From contig PCCY01000007.1 of NCBI GenBank assembly GCA_002731875.1, positions 22,637 to 86,636 on the forward strand: a stretch of 64,000 nucleotides of DNA, written 5' to 3'. This document shows positions 1-8,477 of the stretch, piece after piece; position 1 is the stretch's first letter; every line of letters begins with the position of its first letter. Position numbers and translations under genes: made by a program. The notes beneath the pieces were generated by a model. The model was not told the DNA's origin. It ran no database searches and worked only from the letters and a program-made list of their open reading frames with translations. The stretch is from Roseobacter sp. Lineage in GTDB: Bacteria; Pseudomonadota; Alphaproteobacteria; Rhodobacterales; Rhodobacteraceae.

Positions 1-1
1 G

Positions 2-1372
2 ATGCCGTTGTTCACATGGACGGCACTTTGTGCCGCAATACTTTTGATTTTTGCATTACCGCCTCTCACAGTCTCGACCTTGATGCTGGCGTTGGACCGC
101 TATCTAGGGTTTCACTTTTTCACGAATGACCTGGGCGGGAATTTAATGAATTATGCCAACCTGTTCTGGCTATTCGGACACCCCGAGGTATATCTGCTGG
201 TTCTGCCTGCGTTCGGGGTCTTTTCCGAAGTGATTGCGACCTATAGCGGCAAACGGCTTTATGGTTACGCATCGCTTGTCTATGCAACAATGGCCATCTC
301 GGTGCTTAGTTTCACTGTTTGGTTGCACCACTTTTTCACGATGGGACAGGGGGCCAACGTCAATATCGCCTTTGGCATTGCAACGATGGTCATTGCGATT
401 CCTACAGGGGTCAAGGTTTATGATTGGATGGCCACGATGTTTCGTGGCCGCATCCGTTTCAGCGTACCGATGGTTTACGCCACGGGGTTCCTGATCCTGT
501 TCGTGATCGGCGGCTTGTCAGGTGTTATCCTGGCAAACCCGACCATTGATTATCAGGTCCACAATTCGGTCTTTTTGGTAGCGCACTTCCACAACGTTCT
601 TATTCCGGGCGTTCTGTACGGTATGCTGGCAGGATATCACTATTGGTTTCCCAAGGCCTTTGGCTTCCGATTGAGCGAGGGGTGGGGGTATGTCACCGCA
701 ACACTTTGGATCTTCGGTTTCGCTTTCACATTCTTCCCCCTGTACGTCGCCGGGTTATTGGGGATGCCACGCCGGTCGGTCAGTTTCAGTGACCCGTCTT
801 TCCAACCACTTATGTTGATTGCGGTATTCGGTGCCGTCCTGATAATGGGTGCTTTGGCGGCATTGGTTGTGCAGCTATTTGTCAGCATCCGTAACCGCAA
901 GGTGCTTGCTGTACCGTTGGGTGATCCATGGAACGGACGCACGTTGGAGTGGGCCACTTCATCCCCGCCGCCGGAATACAACTTTGCGATCATTCCCACG
1001 GTGACCAGTCGCGACATGTTCGCGTTGGACAAAGCCCGCGGGACTGCGTTTGAAGCCTCTCAAAACTACAAGGATATCGTGCTGCCCAAAAACACCGCTA
1101 TAGGCATGATTGTTTCCATCGGCGGCACGGGACTGGGCCTTGCACTGGTATGGCAGATTTGGTGGCTCGCTCTGGTCTGCGTTACTGGGATGCTGATTGC
1201 TCTGATAGGCGATACGTTCCGAAAAGACGTTCACAGGGTCATTCCTGCGGCAGATGTCGCGCGCGAGCATAAAGAGTGGTTGAAAAAGATCGCGGATGCA
1301 AAGCCAGTTAATAGGTTAGAGGAAGCAACGCCCCACAATACGGGATTTGCGGCACAGGAGGATGCACAATGA
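2..1372 (+). CDS. cyoB: cytochrome bo3-type ubiquinol oxidase subunit I (C-terminal ~455 aa; 5' end outside window)
   Basis: Frame is open to the window edge. Haem-copper oxidase subunit I motifs WLFGHPEVYLLVLPAFG, WLHHFFTMG, VAHFHNVLIPG. Followed by short subunit III and IV genes with ATGA start/stop overlaps (cyoB-C-D order). Confidence 0.9.
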   Translation: MPLFTWTALCAAILLIFALPPLTVSTLMLALDRYLGFHFFTNDLGGNLMNYANLFWLFGHPEVYLLVLPAFGVFSEVIATYSGKRLYGYASLVYATMAISVLSFTVWLHHFFTMGQGANVNIAFGIATMVIAIPTGVKVYDWMATMFRGRIRFSVPMVYATGFLILFVIGGLSGVILANPTIDYQVHNSVFLVAHFHNVLIPGVLYGMLAGYHYWFPKAFGFRLSEGWGYVTATLWIFGFAFTFFPLYVAGLLGMPRRSVSFSDPSFQPLMLIAVFGAVLIMGALAALVVQLFVSIRNRKVLAVPLGDPWNGRTLEWATSSPPPEYNFAIIPTVTSRDMFALDKARGTAFEASQNYKDIVLPKNTAIGMIVSIGGTGLGLALVWQIWWLALVCVTGMLIALIGDTFRKDVHRVIPAADVAREHKEWLKKIADAKPVNRLEEATPHNTGFAAQEDAQ

Positions 1373-1992
1373 CCGACAAGTGCCATCCGGGTATAAACCT
1401 TGGGATCCGCCACGGAGAAGCGCATCAGCATGCCGAAAAAGTAATGTTCGGCTTTTGGGTTTTTCTCATGAGCGATCTTGTCCTATTTGGCGTGATCTTT
1501 GCGACCTATGTCACCACGGTAACCCCCATGGGGATTGCCGGCGGTCCGGGACCAGCCGACGTATTTGATCTTAAAAGTGTGTTCATCCAAACGATGCTGC
1601 TGCTGACCAGCAGCCTTACCTTTGGTATTGCGACATTGATGCTGCGCCATGAAAAGGGGATCCGCAATATTGTATTGTGGTTGTGTGTCACGTTGGGGCT
1701 TGGGCTTGGCTTTCTGACGCTGGAGTTGCGGGATTTCGCCACCATGTTCGCTAGCGGTGCCGTGCCCAGCCGGAGCGGATTTTTATCGGCATTCTTCGCG
1801 CTCGTTCCGTTGCACGGTTTACATGTTGCCGCCGGCGCAATCTGGATCGTCGTGATGTTGGCTCAGGTTGCGATTTTCGGACTGATACCGATGGTCAAGA
1901 CCCGCCTGTTGCGACTGGCGCTGTTCTGGCATTTTCTTGATGTCATCTGGATCGCGATATTTTCGATCGTCTACCTTGGGGGGCTTGCATGA
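1369..1992 (+). CDS. cyoC: ubiquinol oxidase subunit III
   Basis: 207 aa, about five hydrophobic helices, C-terminal FWHFLDVIWI motif typical of oxidase subunit III. Start overlaps the cyoB stop. Confidence 0.85.
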   Translation: MTDKCHPGINLGIRHGEAHQHAEKVMFGFWVFLMSDLVLFGVIFATYVTTVTPMGIAGGPGPADVFDLKSVFIQTMLLLTSSLTFGIATLMLRHEKGIRNIVLWLCVTLGLGLGFLTLELRDFATMFASGAVPSRSGFLSAFFALVPLHGLHVAAGAIWIVVMLAQVAIFGLIPMVKTRLLRLALFWHFLDVIWIAIFSIVYLGGLA

Positions 1993-2306
1993 TGGGTCAC
2001 GACACTGAATTGCGCCGCGAGCTGCGCCGATATTTAATCGGATTTGCCCTTGCGCTGATTTTGACGGTGGTGCCGTTCGCACTGGTCGCGTGGGGGGCAC
2101 TGTCATTCGGAACGGCACTGTCCGTCATTGGCATATCGGCAATCCTTCAGGGCGTCGTCCAACTACGCTTTTTTCTTGATATCGATCTATCGACGCAAAA
2201 ACGGGAAGACCTCCATTTGATCCTGTTTACGGTTCTTCTACTTTCAATTATGGCCGCTGGCACAATATGGATCATGGCCAGCCTGGCCAACCGTATGATC
2301 GCATGA
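1989..2306 (+). CDS. cyoD: ubiquinol oxidase subunit IV
   Basis: 105 aa, three hydrophobic helices, YLIGFALALILTVVPF resembles CyoD. Start overlaps the cyoC stop. Confidence 0.8.
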   Translation: MMGHDTELRRELRRYLIGFALALILTVVPFALVAWGALSFGTALSVIGISAILQGVVQLRFFLDIDLSTQKREDLHLILFTVLLLSIMAAGTIWIMASLANRMIA

Positions 2307-2436
2307 CAACCGACGCTGATATTTGAACTGCGTCCGGTGACCAAAGCCGCGCCATCAAACCGTGTCAGGTACAATGTCAGTGAACATGACTGTTATAGTT
2401 CAGCAAGGCGGATGTGGGATCGACGCCGGAACTGGT

Positions 2437-2949
2437 TCACAACCGAGACAGACGGCCTTCGTCATCCACAACGTCCAGAGCACAACTATCGCCTGTCCAT
2501 TTCCATAATACGATGTTGAGATCGGTCGCGGATGCGCCTTTCGCATAGCTTTGGAACAGAAGGCCTGCAAAGCCGTTCGAGATGAGAGCAGCGGCAAAGT
2601 CCTGCGTTGGTACGGCTTGACCATCAAGCATCTTGGACCGCCAGCCTGCATCGGCAAGGGAAATTTCCGACATACCGTGTCGGTGAAGTTCTTTTGCGTC
2701 TCTATAATCGAATATTGGTCCCACATCGGCTTGGTAGGAAACAAGAACGGTTGGCTGGAGGCTGCCCGCCTGGTTGGCTTCGCGCAAGGCGCCAGTTGGA
2801 TCAACAGCGAGATAGAGCGCTGGTATTCCTTTGGCGTTGAAACGCCCGCCATAAAGTTCTGCGCCCCGACCGGACAGAGGGTCGCGCGCATAGACCGGAT
2901 TCAAGGCACGGTAAATCTGCCCTACAAAACGCCCCTCCCTCAAAGGCAT
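2437..2949 (-). CDS. RES-domain toxin (NAD+-degrading type II toxin family)
   Basis: 170 aa. YRALNPVYA...GGRFN...ALYLA...LREAN...QSYA gives the Arg/Glu/Ser pattern of RES domains. Its start codon overlaps the stop of the upstream antitoxin gene. Confidence 0.8.
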   Translation of the reverse strand: MPLREGRFVGQIYRALNPVYARDPLSGRGAELYGGRFNAKGIPALYLAVDPTGALREANQAGSLQPTVLVSYQADVGPIFDYRDAKELHRHGMSEISLADAGWRSKMLDGQAVPTQDFAAALISNGFAGLLFQSYAKGASATDLNIVLWKWTGDSCALDVVDDEGRLSRL

Positions 2950-3299
2950 CAGGCGAAGACACCAGCATCGACCGCGTCAATATACTCGAGAACCTGCTGC
3001 GCCTTACTTTCCTGCACCAGCTGCATCGCGGTCCGGCCATCAAAGCCGGGCAGGGGTTCTGACCGGTACCACGCATATGCCATCAACTCCGACCCGAAAC
3101 GCGGCTCGACCTTGTTAAGCACTTCGACCAGCTCGCGCAAACGGCGTTGTGTCTTGTCGGAATTGATACGGGTACGGCGCTGTAGAGCATCCTTGGCAAG
3201 GCCGACTGTCATCGCGATCTCCTCCGCAGACGTGCGCAATGCGGAAGCGATCTTTCGGGGTTCGAATTGCCCACCTTCAGCGTATGTTTCGATATGCAT
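2949..3299 (-). CDS. Xre/MbcA/ParS-type antitoxin (DUF2384-like C-terminus)
   Basis: Start chosen at the internal ATG (MHIETYAEGG...) preceded by an AT-rich promoter-like stretch. C-terminal AYAWYRSEPLPGFDGRTAMQLV is typical of antitoxins paired with RES toxins. Confidence 0.7.
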   Translation of the reverse strand: MHIETYAEGGQFEPRKIASALRTSAEEIAMTVGLAKDALQRRTRINSDKTQRRLRELVEVLNKVEPRFGSELMAYAWYRSEPLPGFDGRTAMQLVQESKAQQVLEYIDAVDAGVFA

Positions 3300-3691
3300 G
3301 GCATCTTCCAATCGGCTGTTTTGACAGTATATAGTGTTAATATAGCTGAAAATCAAGAAGACTGGTGAGGTTATTGGGCTGGCAGTCGTTTCGCGGCGGT
3401 TGATCCCGGAATACCAATGCAACTGTGTTGGCGTGTCTGCGTGGAAACCCCGGCGGGCGCAAAGTCATTCATCATCGAGCAACGCACAGGGCCCGCCTCG
3501 GCGTACGGGACGTCGAAAATCTGATGGTGACAATAAAAACGAATTGAAAAAAGTGATAAGCCACGAGCTGATTTTTCAGGCGGTCGCAAATCTGCCGACG
3601 TATCAAAATTCCTGACAACATTGTCGAGTCACAGTTGAATGCCGCCACGGCGACCTAGACAAAAAGCTCAATCGGTCTATGTCATTTTGGA

Positions 3692-4819
3692 ATGCGTCCT
3701 TCCAATCACTCAGGAAACACTATGCCGACCAAGTCCACCGACACGATGGCGACGGAAATCTTGCGCCTGCAAGAGGAGCTGGCGGCAAAGAATGCTGAAA
3801 CGGACGCCCGCAGGGTCAAGGCACGGAAAACATCACATCGGATGAGTTTTCTAGAGGCGATGATGGAGACCGTGCCCGTTGGGGTGGTGATGGCCGATGC
3901 GGAGGGGAGGATCATCTATGGCAACAGTCATGTGGAAAAGATGGTGCGTCATCCGGTGCTTCATTCGGAAGATGCGGATTCCTACGGTGAATGGGTTTCG
4001 TACCACGAAGACGGCAGCCGGGTGGCAAGCCATGAATATCCTCTTGCCCGGGTGCTTCGAGATAACGAAACCCATTCCAAGATCGATGTGAACTATCAGC
4101 GCGGCGATGGCACACGGTTCTGGATGCGTATCATCGGCGAGCCGGTAATGGACGCGGATGGCAAACGTATAGGCGCGACTGTCGCTTTGATCGATATCGA
4201 CGAAGAACGCAGCCTGCGCGAAGCACAGAACATCCTGATTGCTGAACTGAACCATCGGGTAAAGAATGCTTTTAGTGTGGTGAAATCCATTGTCAGCCAG
4301 TCCCTGCGCAAGATGAGCATTCAGCGCGGTGTGCGCGAGACCATCGACCAACGGCTAAATGCCTATGCGACGGCGCATTCCAAATTGGTGGGCACCTCAT
4401 GGGATCGCACTATGGTCGGGGCTGTGGCGGCTGATGTATTGGAACCGATCGGAAACGGGCGGATCATTTTGTCGGGACCAGAGGTCGAGGTGCCTTCGCG
4501 CCAGGCGCTGTCATTCTCAATGGCATTTTATGAGCTGGCGACCAATGCGATGAAGTACGGGGCGCTCTCGGTCCCCGAGGGAAGAGTCCATCTAACCTGG
4601 GAACAAACCTCAACCGCCGATGGTTTAACCCTTGCGCTTGATTGGGTAGAAACAGGCGGCCCGGCCGCCGAAAAACCCAGCGAGACCGGATTTGGCAGCT
4701 TTATCACGGGGCGCGCCCTAGAGGCGGAAACAGGTGGAAAAATCAGGACGGTCTTTGGGCCGGGCGGATATGAATGGCATCTAGAGATGCCGCAACAGAA
4801 GGAAGGCCGGGCAAGATAA
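3692..4819 (+). CDS. HWE/HisKA_2-family sensor histidine kinase with PAS-like N-terminal domain
   Basis: H-box ELNHRVKNAFSVVKSIVSQS, N-box ELATNAMKYGALS, C-terminal GFGS. Soluble PAS-like region before it. Exact start uncertain (ATG 3692 or 3722). Confidence 0.8.
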   Translation: MRPSNHSGNTMPTKSTDTMATEILRLQEELAAKNAETDARRVKARKTSHRMSFLEAMMETVPVGVVMADAEGRIIYGNSHVEKMVRHPVLHSEDADSYGEWVSYHEDGSRVASHEYPLARVLRDNETHSKIDVNYQRGDGTRFWMRIIGEPVMDADGKRIGATVALIDIDEERSLREAQNILIAELNHRVKNAFSVVKSIVSQSLRKMSIQRGVRETIDQRLNAYATAHSKLVGTSWDRTMVGAVAADVLEPIGNGRIILSGPEVEVPSRQALSFSMAFYELATNAMKYGALSVPEGRVHLTWEQTSTADGLTLALDWVETGGPAAEKPSETGFGSFITGRALEAETGGKIRTVFGPGGYEWHLEMPQQKEGRAR

Positions 4820-5193
4820 TGACGCATGCTCCACAGAATATTTTCATTGTAGAAGATGAGGTCGTCGTAGCTTTTGAAATGACCGACCTGCTGGAAGACA
4901 TTGGTTTCAATGTTGTCGGACCGAGTATCCACCTGGAGGATGCCAAGGTGAAGGCCCGCGAGGGCGAGATCGATATAGCGTTTCTTGATGTGAACTTGGG
5001 GCAAAACAAAACCTCCAAACCTGTCGCCGATATCCTGCGCGAAAGGGGAATTCCGTTTGTCTACATTACGGCATATGATCCTGAACAGATCAGCTTTCTT
5101 GGGCCGGAAGACCGGGTCGTGAAAAAGCCGGTAAGCAGTGATAAATTGATCGAGACCTTGCGCCGTGTTTACCCCGATCTAGAGACCAAATAA
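4819..5193 (+). CDS. single-domain response regulator (receiver only)
   Basis: IFIVEDEVVVA ... DIAFLDVNLG ... VKKP receiver pattern. The ATG shares one base with the kinase stop (TAATG). Confidence 0.85.
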   Translation: MTHAPQNIFIVEDEVVVAFEMTDLLEDIGFNVVGPSIHLEDAKVKAREGEIDIAFLDVNLGQNKTSKPVADILRERGIPFVYITAYDPEQISFLGPEDRVVKKPVSSDKLIETLRRVYPDLETK

Positions 5194-5277
5194 TCAGCGG
5201 TTGCGTATGACGGTAGGCGTAAACCAGCCCACCGCGACATTGCAGCGCAGGGTGGGGACATGACATTGGCCAAACGT

Positions 5278-5292
5278 GAACATATAGTGAAC
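5278..5292. promoter_or_regulatory. candidate LexA (SOS) box, GAAC-N7-GAAC
   Basis: GAACatatagtGAAC ends 3 nt before the ATG of the radical-SAM gene. It matches the direct-repeat LexA operator consensus reported for Rhodobacter/Rhizobium-type alphaproteobacteria. Confidence 0.55.
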
Positions 5293-5294
5293 GT

Positions 5295-6530
5295 ATGGCT
5301 AAGCAAACTGTTGAACAAAAACTAGCGATTTTAAGCGACGCGGCAAAATACGACGCGTCCTGCGCCTCTTCGGGCTCGACGAAACGCGACTCGCGCGATG
5401 GCAAGGGCGTGGGGTCGAACGAGGGGTCGGGCATCTGTCATGCCTACGCGCCGGACGGGCGCTGTATCTCGCTGCTGAAAATCCTGATGACGAATTTCTG
5501 CATCTATGATTGCAGTTATTGCATCAACCGCGCTTCGTCCAATGTGACGCGGGCGCGGTTTAGTGTCGATGAAGTGGTGAAGCTGACCATCGAATTCTAT
5601 CGCCGCAATTATATCGAAGGGCTGTTCCTGTCCTCGGGCGTGATCAAATCGCCCGATGCGACGATGTCTGACATGGTCCAGATCGCGCGCAAGCTGCGGC
5701 ACGAAGAGAATTTTCGCGGGTATATTCACCTGAAAACCATCCCCGACGCCGCGCCAGAGTTGATTGCCGAAGCAGGGCTGCTGGCAGACCGACTATCTAT
5801 CAACGTTGAGTTGCCCACCGATGCCGCCGTTCAGCAATATGCGCCCGAAAAAAAGCCTGACCAGATCCGCAAGGCGATGGCCGATTTCCGGCTGCGTAAA
5901 GAGGTGTCAAAGGACAAATCCCACACCGGCAAGCGCCCGCCACGGTTTGCGCCTGCGGGTCAATCGACGCAGATGATCATCGGGGCGGACGGGTCGAATG
6001 ATGCGGCTATTCTGGGCCAGTCCACACGGCTCTACTCCAGCTATAAGCTCAAGCGCGTCTATTATTCAGCTTTCTCGCCGATCCCCGACAGCTCGGCCAA
6101 GCTGCCGCTGATCCGGCCGCCCTTGCAACGCGAACACAGGCTCTATCAGGCGGACTGGCTGCTGCGGTTCTATGACTTTCAGCTGGACGAGATTACATCT
6201 GTCACCGCGGACGGGAACCTTGATCTTGAGGTCGACCCGAAACTCGCATGGGCGCTGGTGCACCGCGAGGTGTTCCCGCTGGACGTGAACCGCGCCAGCC
6301 GCGAGTTACTGCTCCGGGTGCCGGGGTTCGGGGTGAAGACGGTGAACCGCATCCTGTCCACCCGCCGCCACCGTACCCTGCGCTACGAGGATCTGATCCG
6401 CATGGGCGCATCCATGAAAAAGGCCCGCAGCTTTGTCACCGCGGGTGGCTGGTCCCCAGGCGGGTTGACCGACAGTATCGACCTGCGCGCGCGGTTCGCG
6501 CCGCCGCCCGAACAGCTGACCCTGTTCTGA
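5295..6530 (+). CDS. radical SAM protein of the putative DNA modification/repair family (partner of DUF4130/UDG proteins)
   Basis: CIYDCSYC (CxxxCxxC) cluster motif near residue 70. About 410 aa. Its stop overlaps the start of the DUF4130-UDG gene, the conserved pairing described for this family. Confidence 0.85.
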   Translation: MAKQTVEQKLAILSDAAKYDASCASSGSTKRDSRDGKGVGSNEGSGICHAYAPDGRCISLLKILMTNFCIYDCSYCINRASSNVTRARFSVDEVVKLTIEFYRRNYIEGLFLSSGVIKSPDATMSDMVQIARKLRHEENFRGYIHLKTIPDAAPELIAEAGLLADRLSINVELPTDAAVQQYAPEKKPDQIRKAMADFRLRKEVSKDKSHTGKRPPRFAPAGQSTQMIIGADGSNDAAILGQSTRLYSSYKLKRVYYSAFSPIPDSSAKLPLIRPPLQREHRLYQADWLLRFYDFQLDEITSVTADGNLDLEVDPKLAWALVHREVFPLDVNRASRELLLRVPGFGVKTVNRILSTRRHRTLRYEDLIRMGASMKKARSFVTAGGWSPGGLTDSIDLRARFAPPPEQLTLF

Positions 6531-7951
6531 TGCACCGCGCGGTCATGCCCAAGATCGGCACGGCGCAGGCGTGGCGTGATGCGGCGCGGCAGTTTCTGGC
6601 CGCCGGCGTCCCGCCCGAGGCGATCCTGTGGGGCGAAACCAGCACGGCACCCGATCTTTTTGGCGGTGCCTCCCCGATGCAGACGGGCGGGCAGGTGACC
6701 GTGCCACGTAGTTTCATCAGCATGGCGAGCAGTGTCGTCTGGCACAGTGATCCCGAACGGTTTGCGCGGCTTTATGCGTTTCTCTGGCGGTTGAAGGACG
6801 CGCCGCAGTTGATGACGGATCGCGGTGATGCTGATCTGTCGCGCTTGCGCCGGATGGAGAAGAACGTGCATCGCTGCCAGCACAAGATGAAAGCCTTCGT
6901 CCGTTTTCGCGAGATTGGCCCGCCCGATGCCCCCCGCCGGTCCTTTGCCGCGTGGTTCGAGCCGACGTATCACACGGTAGAACCCACCGCTGATTTCTTT
7001 CTGCGTCGGTTCAGCGACATGGATTGGCGCATTCTTACGCCGGATGTCTGCGCGATTTTCGAGGGGGGCAAACTGACCTTCCGCGAGGGGGAGGAAAAGC
7101 CCGCGCTGCCCGAAGACGCGAGCGAACAGCTGTGGATCACCTATTTCCAGAACATCTTTAACCCCGCACGGCTGATGGTCAAAGCCATGCAGTCCGAGAT
7201 GCCCAAGAAATACTGGAAGAACATGCCCGAGGCGGCGCATATCCCCCAAATGATCGCCGACGCCCCCGCCCGTGCCCGCGCCATGGCCGAGGCGGCCCCG
7301 TCCTTGCCGCCCGCCCGCATGGCGCAGGTGCAGGCGCAGCTTGCCGCGCATCAATCCGCGTGGGAGGGCCCGAAAGGCGCGCTGGCCAAGGATATCGCCG
7401 CCTGCACCCGCTGCCCGCTGCATTGCAACGCGACGCAGGCCGTACCGGGCGAGGGGCCGATGGATGCCGATCTGATGATCGTGGGCGAACAGCCCGGCGA
7501 TCAAGAGGATTTAAGCGGGCGGCCCTTTGTCGGGCCTGCGGGGCAGCTGTTCGATCAGATTGCGGGGCAGGCAGGGCTGGAGAGGGGCAAGGCGTTTTTG
7601 ACGAACGCGGTAAAGCATTTCAAATTTACACCGCGGGGTAAACGCCGTTTGCATCAGCGGCCAAATGCCTCTGAAATCCGGCATTGCCGTTGGTGGCTGG
7701 ATGCGGAAATCGCGCAGGTGCGGCCGAAACTGGTCCTTGCCATGGGGGCTACCGCCGCCGAAGGCCTGACCGGACGTCGCGGTGCGATCCTGTCGCGCCG
7801 CGGCAAGATCGAAGAAACGCCATCGGGCACGCCGGCGCTGTTGACCTTGCATCCGTCTTATCTGCTTCGGCTGACTGATCCACAGGCTAAGGCCGACGCA
7901 ACTGTGCAATTCAGAGACGATTTGTCAGCCGCTGTGCGACTATTGGCCTAA
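6530..7951 (+). CDS. DUF4130-type N-terminal domain fused to a UdgX-like family-4 uracil-DNA glycosylase domain
   Basis: C-terminal GEQPGDQEDLSGRPFVGPAG, TNAVKHFKFT, GKRRLHQRP, HPSYLLR and Cys ligands (CTRCPLHC, HCRWW) closely match M. smegmatis UdgX as I recall it. ATG at 6530 overlaps the radical-SAM stop. Confidence 0.85.
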   Translation: MHRAVMPKIGTAQAWRDAARQFLAAGVPPEAILWGETSTAPDLFGGASPMQTGGQVTVPRSFISMASSVVWHSDPERFARLYAFLWRLKDAPQLMTDRGDADLSRLRRMEKNVHRCQHKMKAFVRFREIGPPDAPRRSFAAWFEPTYHTVEPTADFFLRRFSDMDWRILTPDVCAIFEGGKLTFREGEEKPALPEDASEQLWITYFQNIFNPARLMVKAMQSEMPKKYWKNMPEAAHIPQMIADAPARARAMAEAAPSLPPARMAQVQAQLAAHQSAWEGPKGALAKDIAACTRCPLHCNATQAVPGEGPMDADLMIVGEQPGDQEDLSGRPFVGPAGQLFDQIAGQAGLERGKAFLTNAVKHFKFTPRGKRRLHQRPNASEIRHCRWWLDAEIAQVRPKLVLAMGATAAEGLTGRRGAILSRRGKIEETPSGTPALLTLHPSYLLRLTDPQAKADATVQFRDDLSAAVRLLA

Positions 7952-8005
7952 AATTGTCTGAGAGACCTGTGTATCGGTTGCAATCTGGCCTGGGGATGCC
8001 ATATA

Positions 8006-8021
8006 CCATCCACATGGATGG
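8006..8021. promoter_or_regulatory. 7-bp inverted repeat (CCATCCA ca TGGATGG) overlapping the RBS of the RHH gene; possible operator
   Basis: A perfect palindrome is seen directly, 10 nt upstream of the ATG at 8031. The operator function is inferred only. Confidence 0.3.
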
Positions 8022-8030
8022 AGAAACATC

Positions 8031-8447
8031 ATGAGCAATGTCAGGCAACTTCGGGATAAACAGCCCGAGAACGAGAAAATCACCCTTAACCTGGGCTTTG
8101 TAGATCTGGGCCGGATTGATCTGCTGGTGCAGGAAGGTTTTTATTCGAATCGCAGCGATTTCATCCGGACCGCGATCCGGAACCAGTTGGACCACCAGTC
8201 TGCCACGGTAACGCAATCAATTGAGCGGCACACGATGGAGTTGGGCCTGCGCGACTATACCGTCGCCGATCTGGAAGCCGTGCAAGCCGCAAACGAGGTG
8301 CTGCATATCAAAGTCGTCGGCCTCGCGCGTATCGCGCATGATGTGCCGCCGGAACTCGCGCTCGCTACCATTGGTTCTATCAATGTGCTGGGTGCGCTTC
8401 AGGCCAGCGCGGATGTGAAGAAAGCCCTCGGTGAGCGGATCAGCTAA
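8031..8447 (+). CDS. ribbon-helix-helix (CopG/NikR-N-like) DNA-binding protein
   Basis: EKITLNLGFVDLGRIDLLVQEGFYSNRSDFIRTAIRNQL fits a beta-strand/helix/helix RHH motif. 138 aa. Confidence 0.6.
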   Translation: MSNVRQLRDKQPENEKITLNLGFVDLGRIDLLVQEGFYSNRSDFIRTAIRNQLDHQSATVTQSIERHTMELGLRDYTVADLEAVQAANEVLHIKVVGLARIAHDVPPELALATIGSINVLGALQASADVKKALGERIS

Positions 8448-8477
8448 CCCCGATTTAATCCTTTAAAGGAAGTCAAA

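Noticed and set aside
2551-3324. 257-aa plus-strand ORF spanning the toxin-antitoxin region.
   Set aside because: The minus strand gives two recognisable, translationally coupled proteins (RES toxin, Xre-type antitoxin). The plus-strand product has no motifs and crosses their junction.
6383-7504. Very long antisense ORFs: 6383..7504 (-) 373 aa. Also 34164..34889 (-), 37153..37908 (-), 37905..38663 (-), 40861..41565 (-), 8949..9533 (-), 47782..48357 (-), and 53412..53942 and 54336..54896 (+).
   Set aside because: All lie opposite genes with clear family motifs. Their translations are Arg/Pro/Gly-rich low-complexity strings typical of shadow ORFs in GC-rich DNA. No RBS or motifs.
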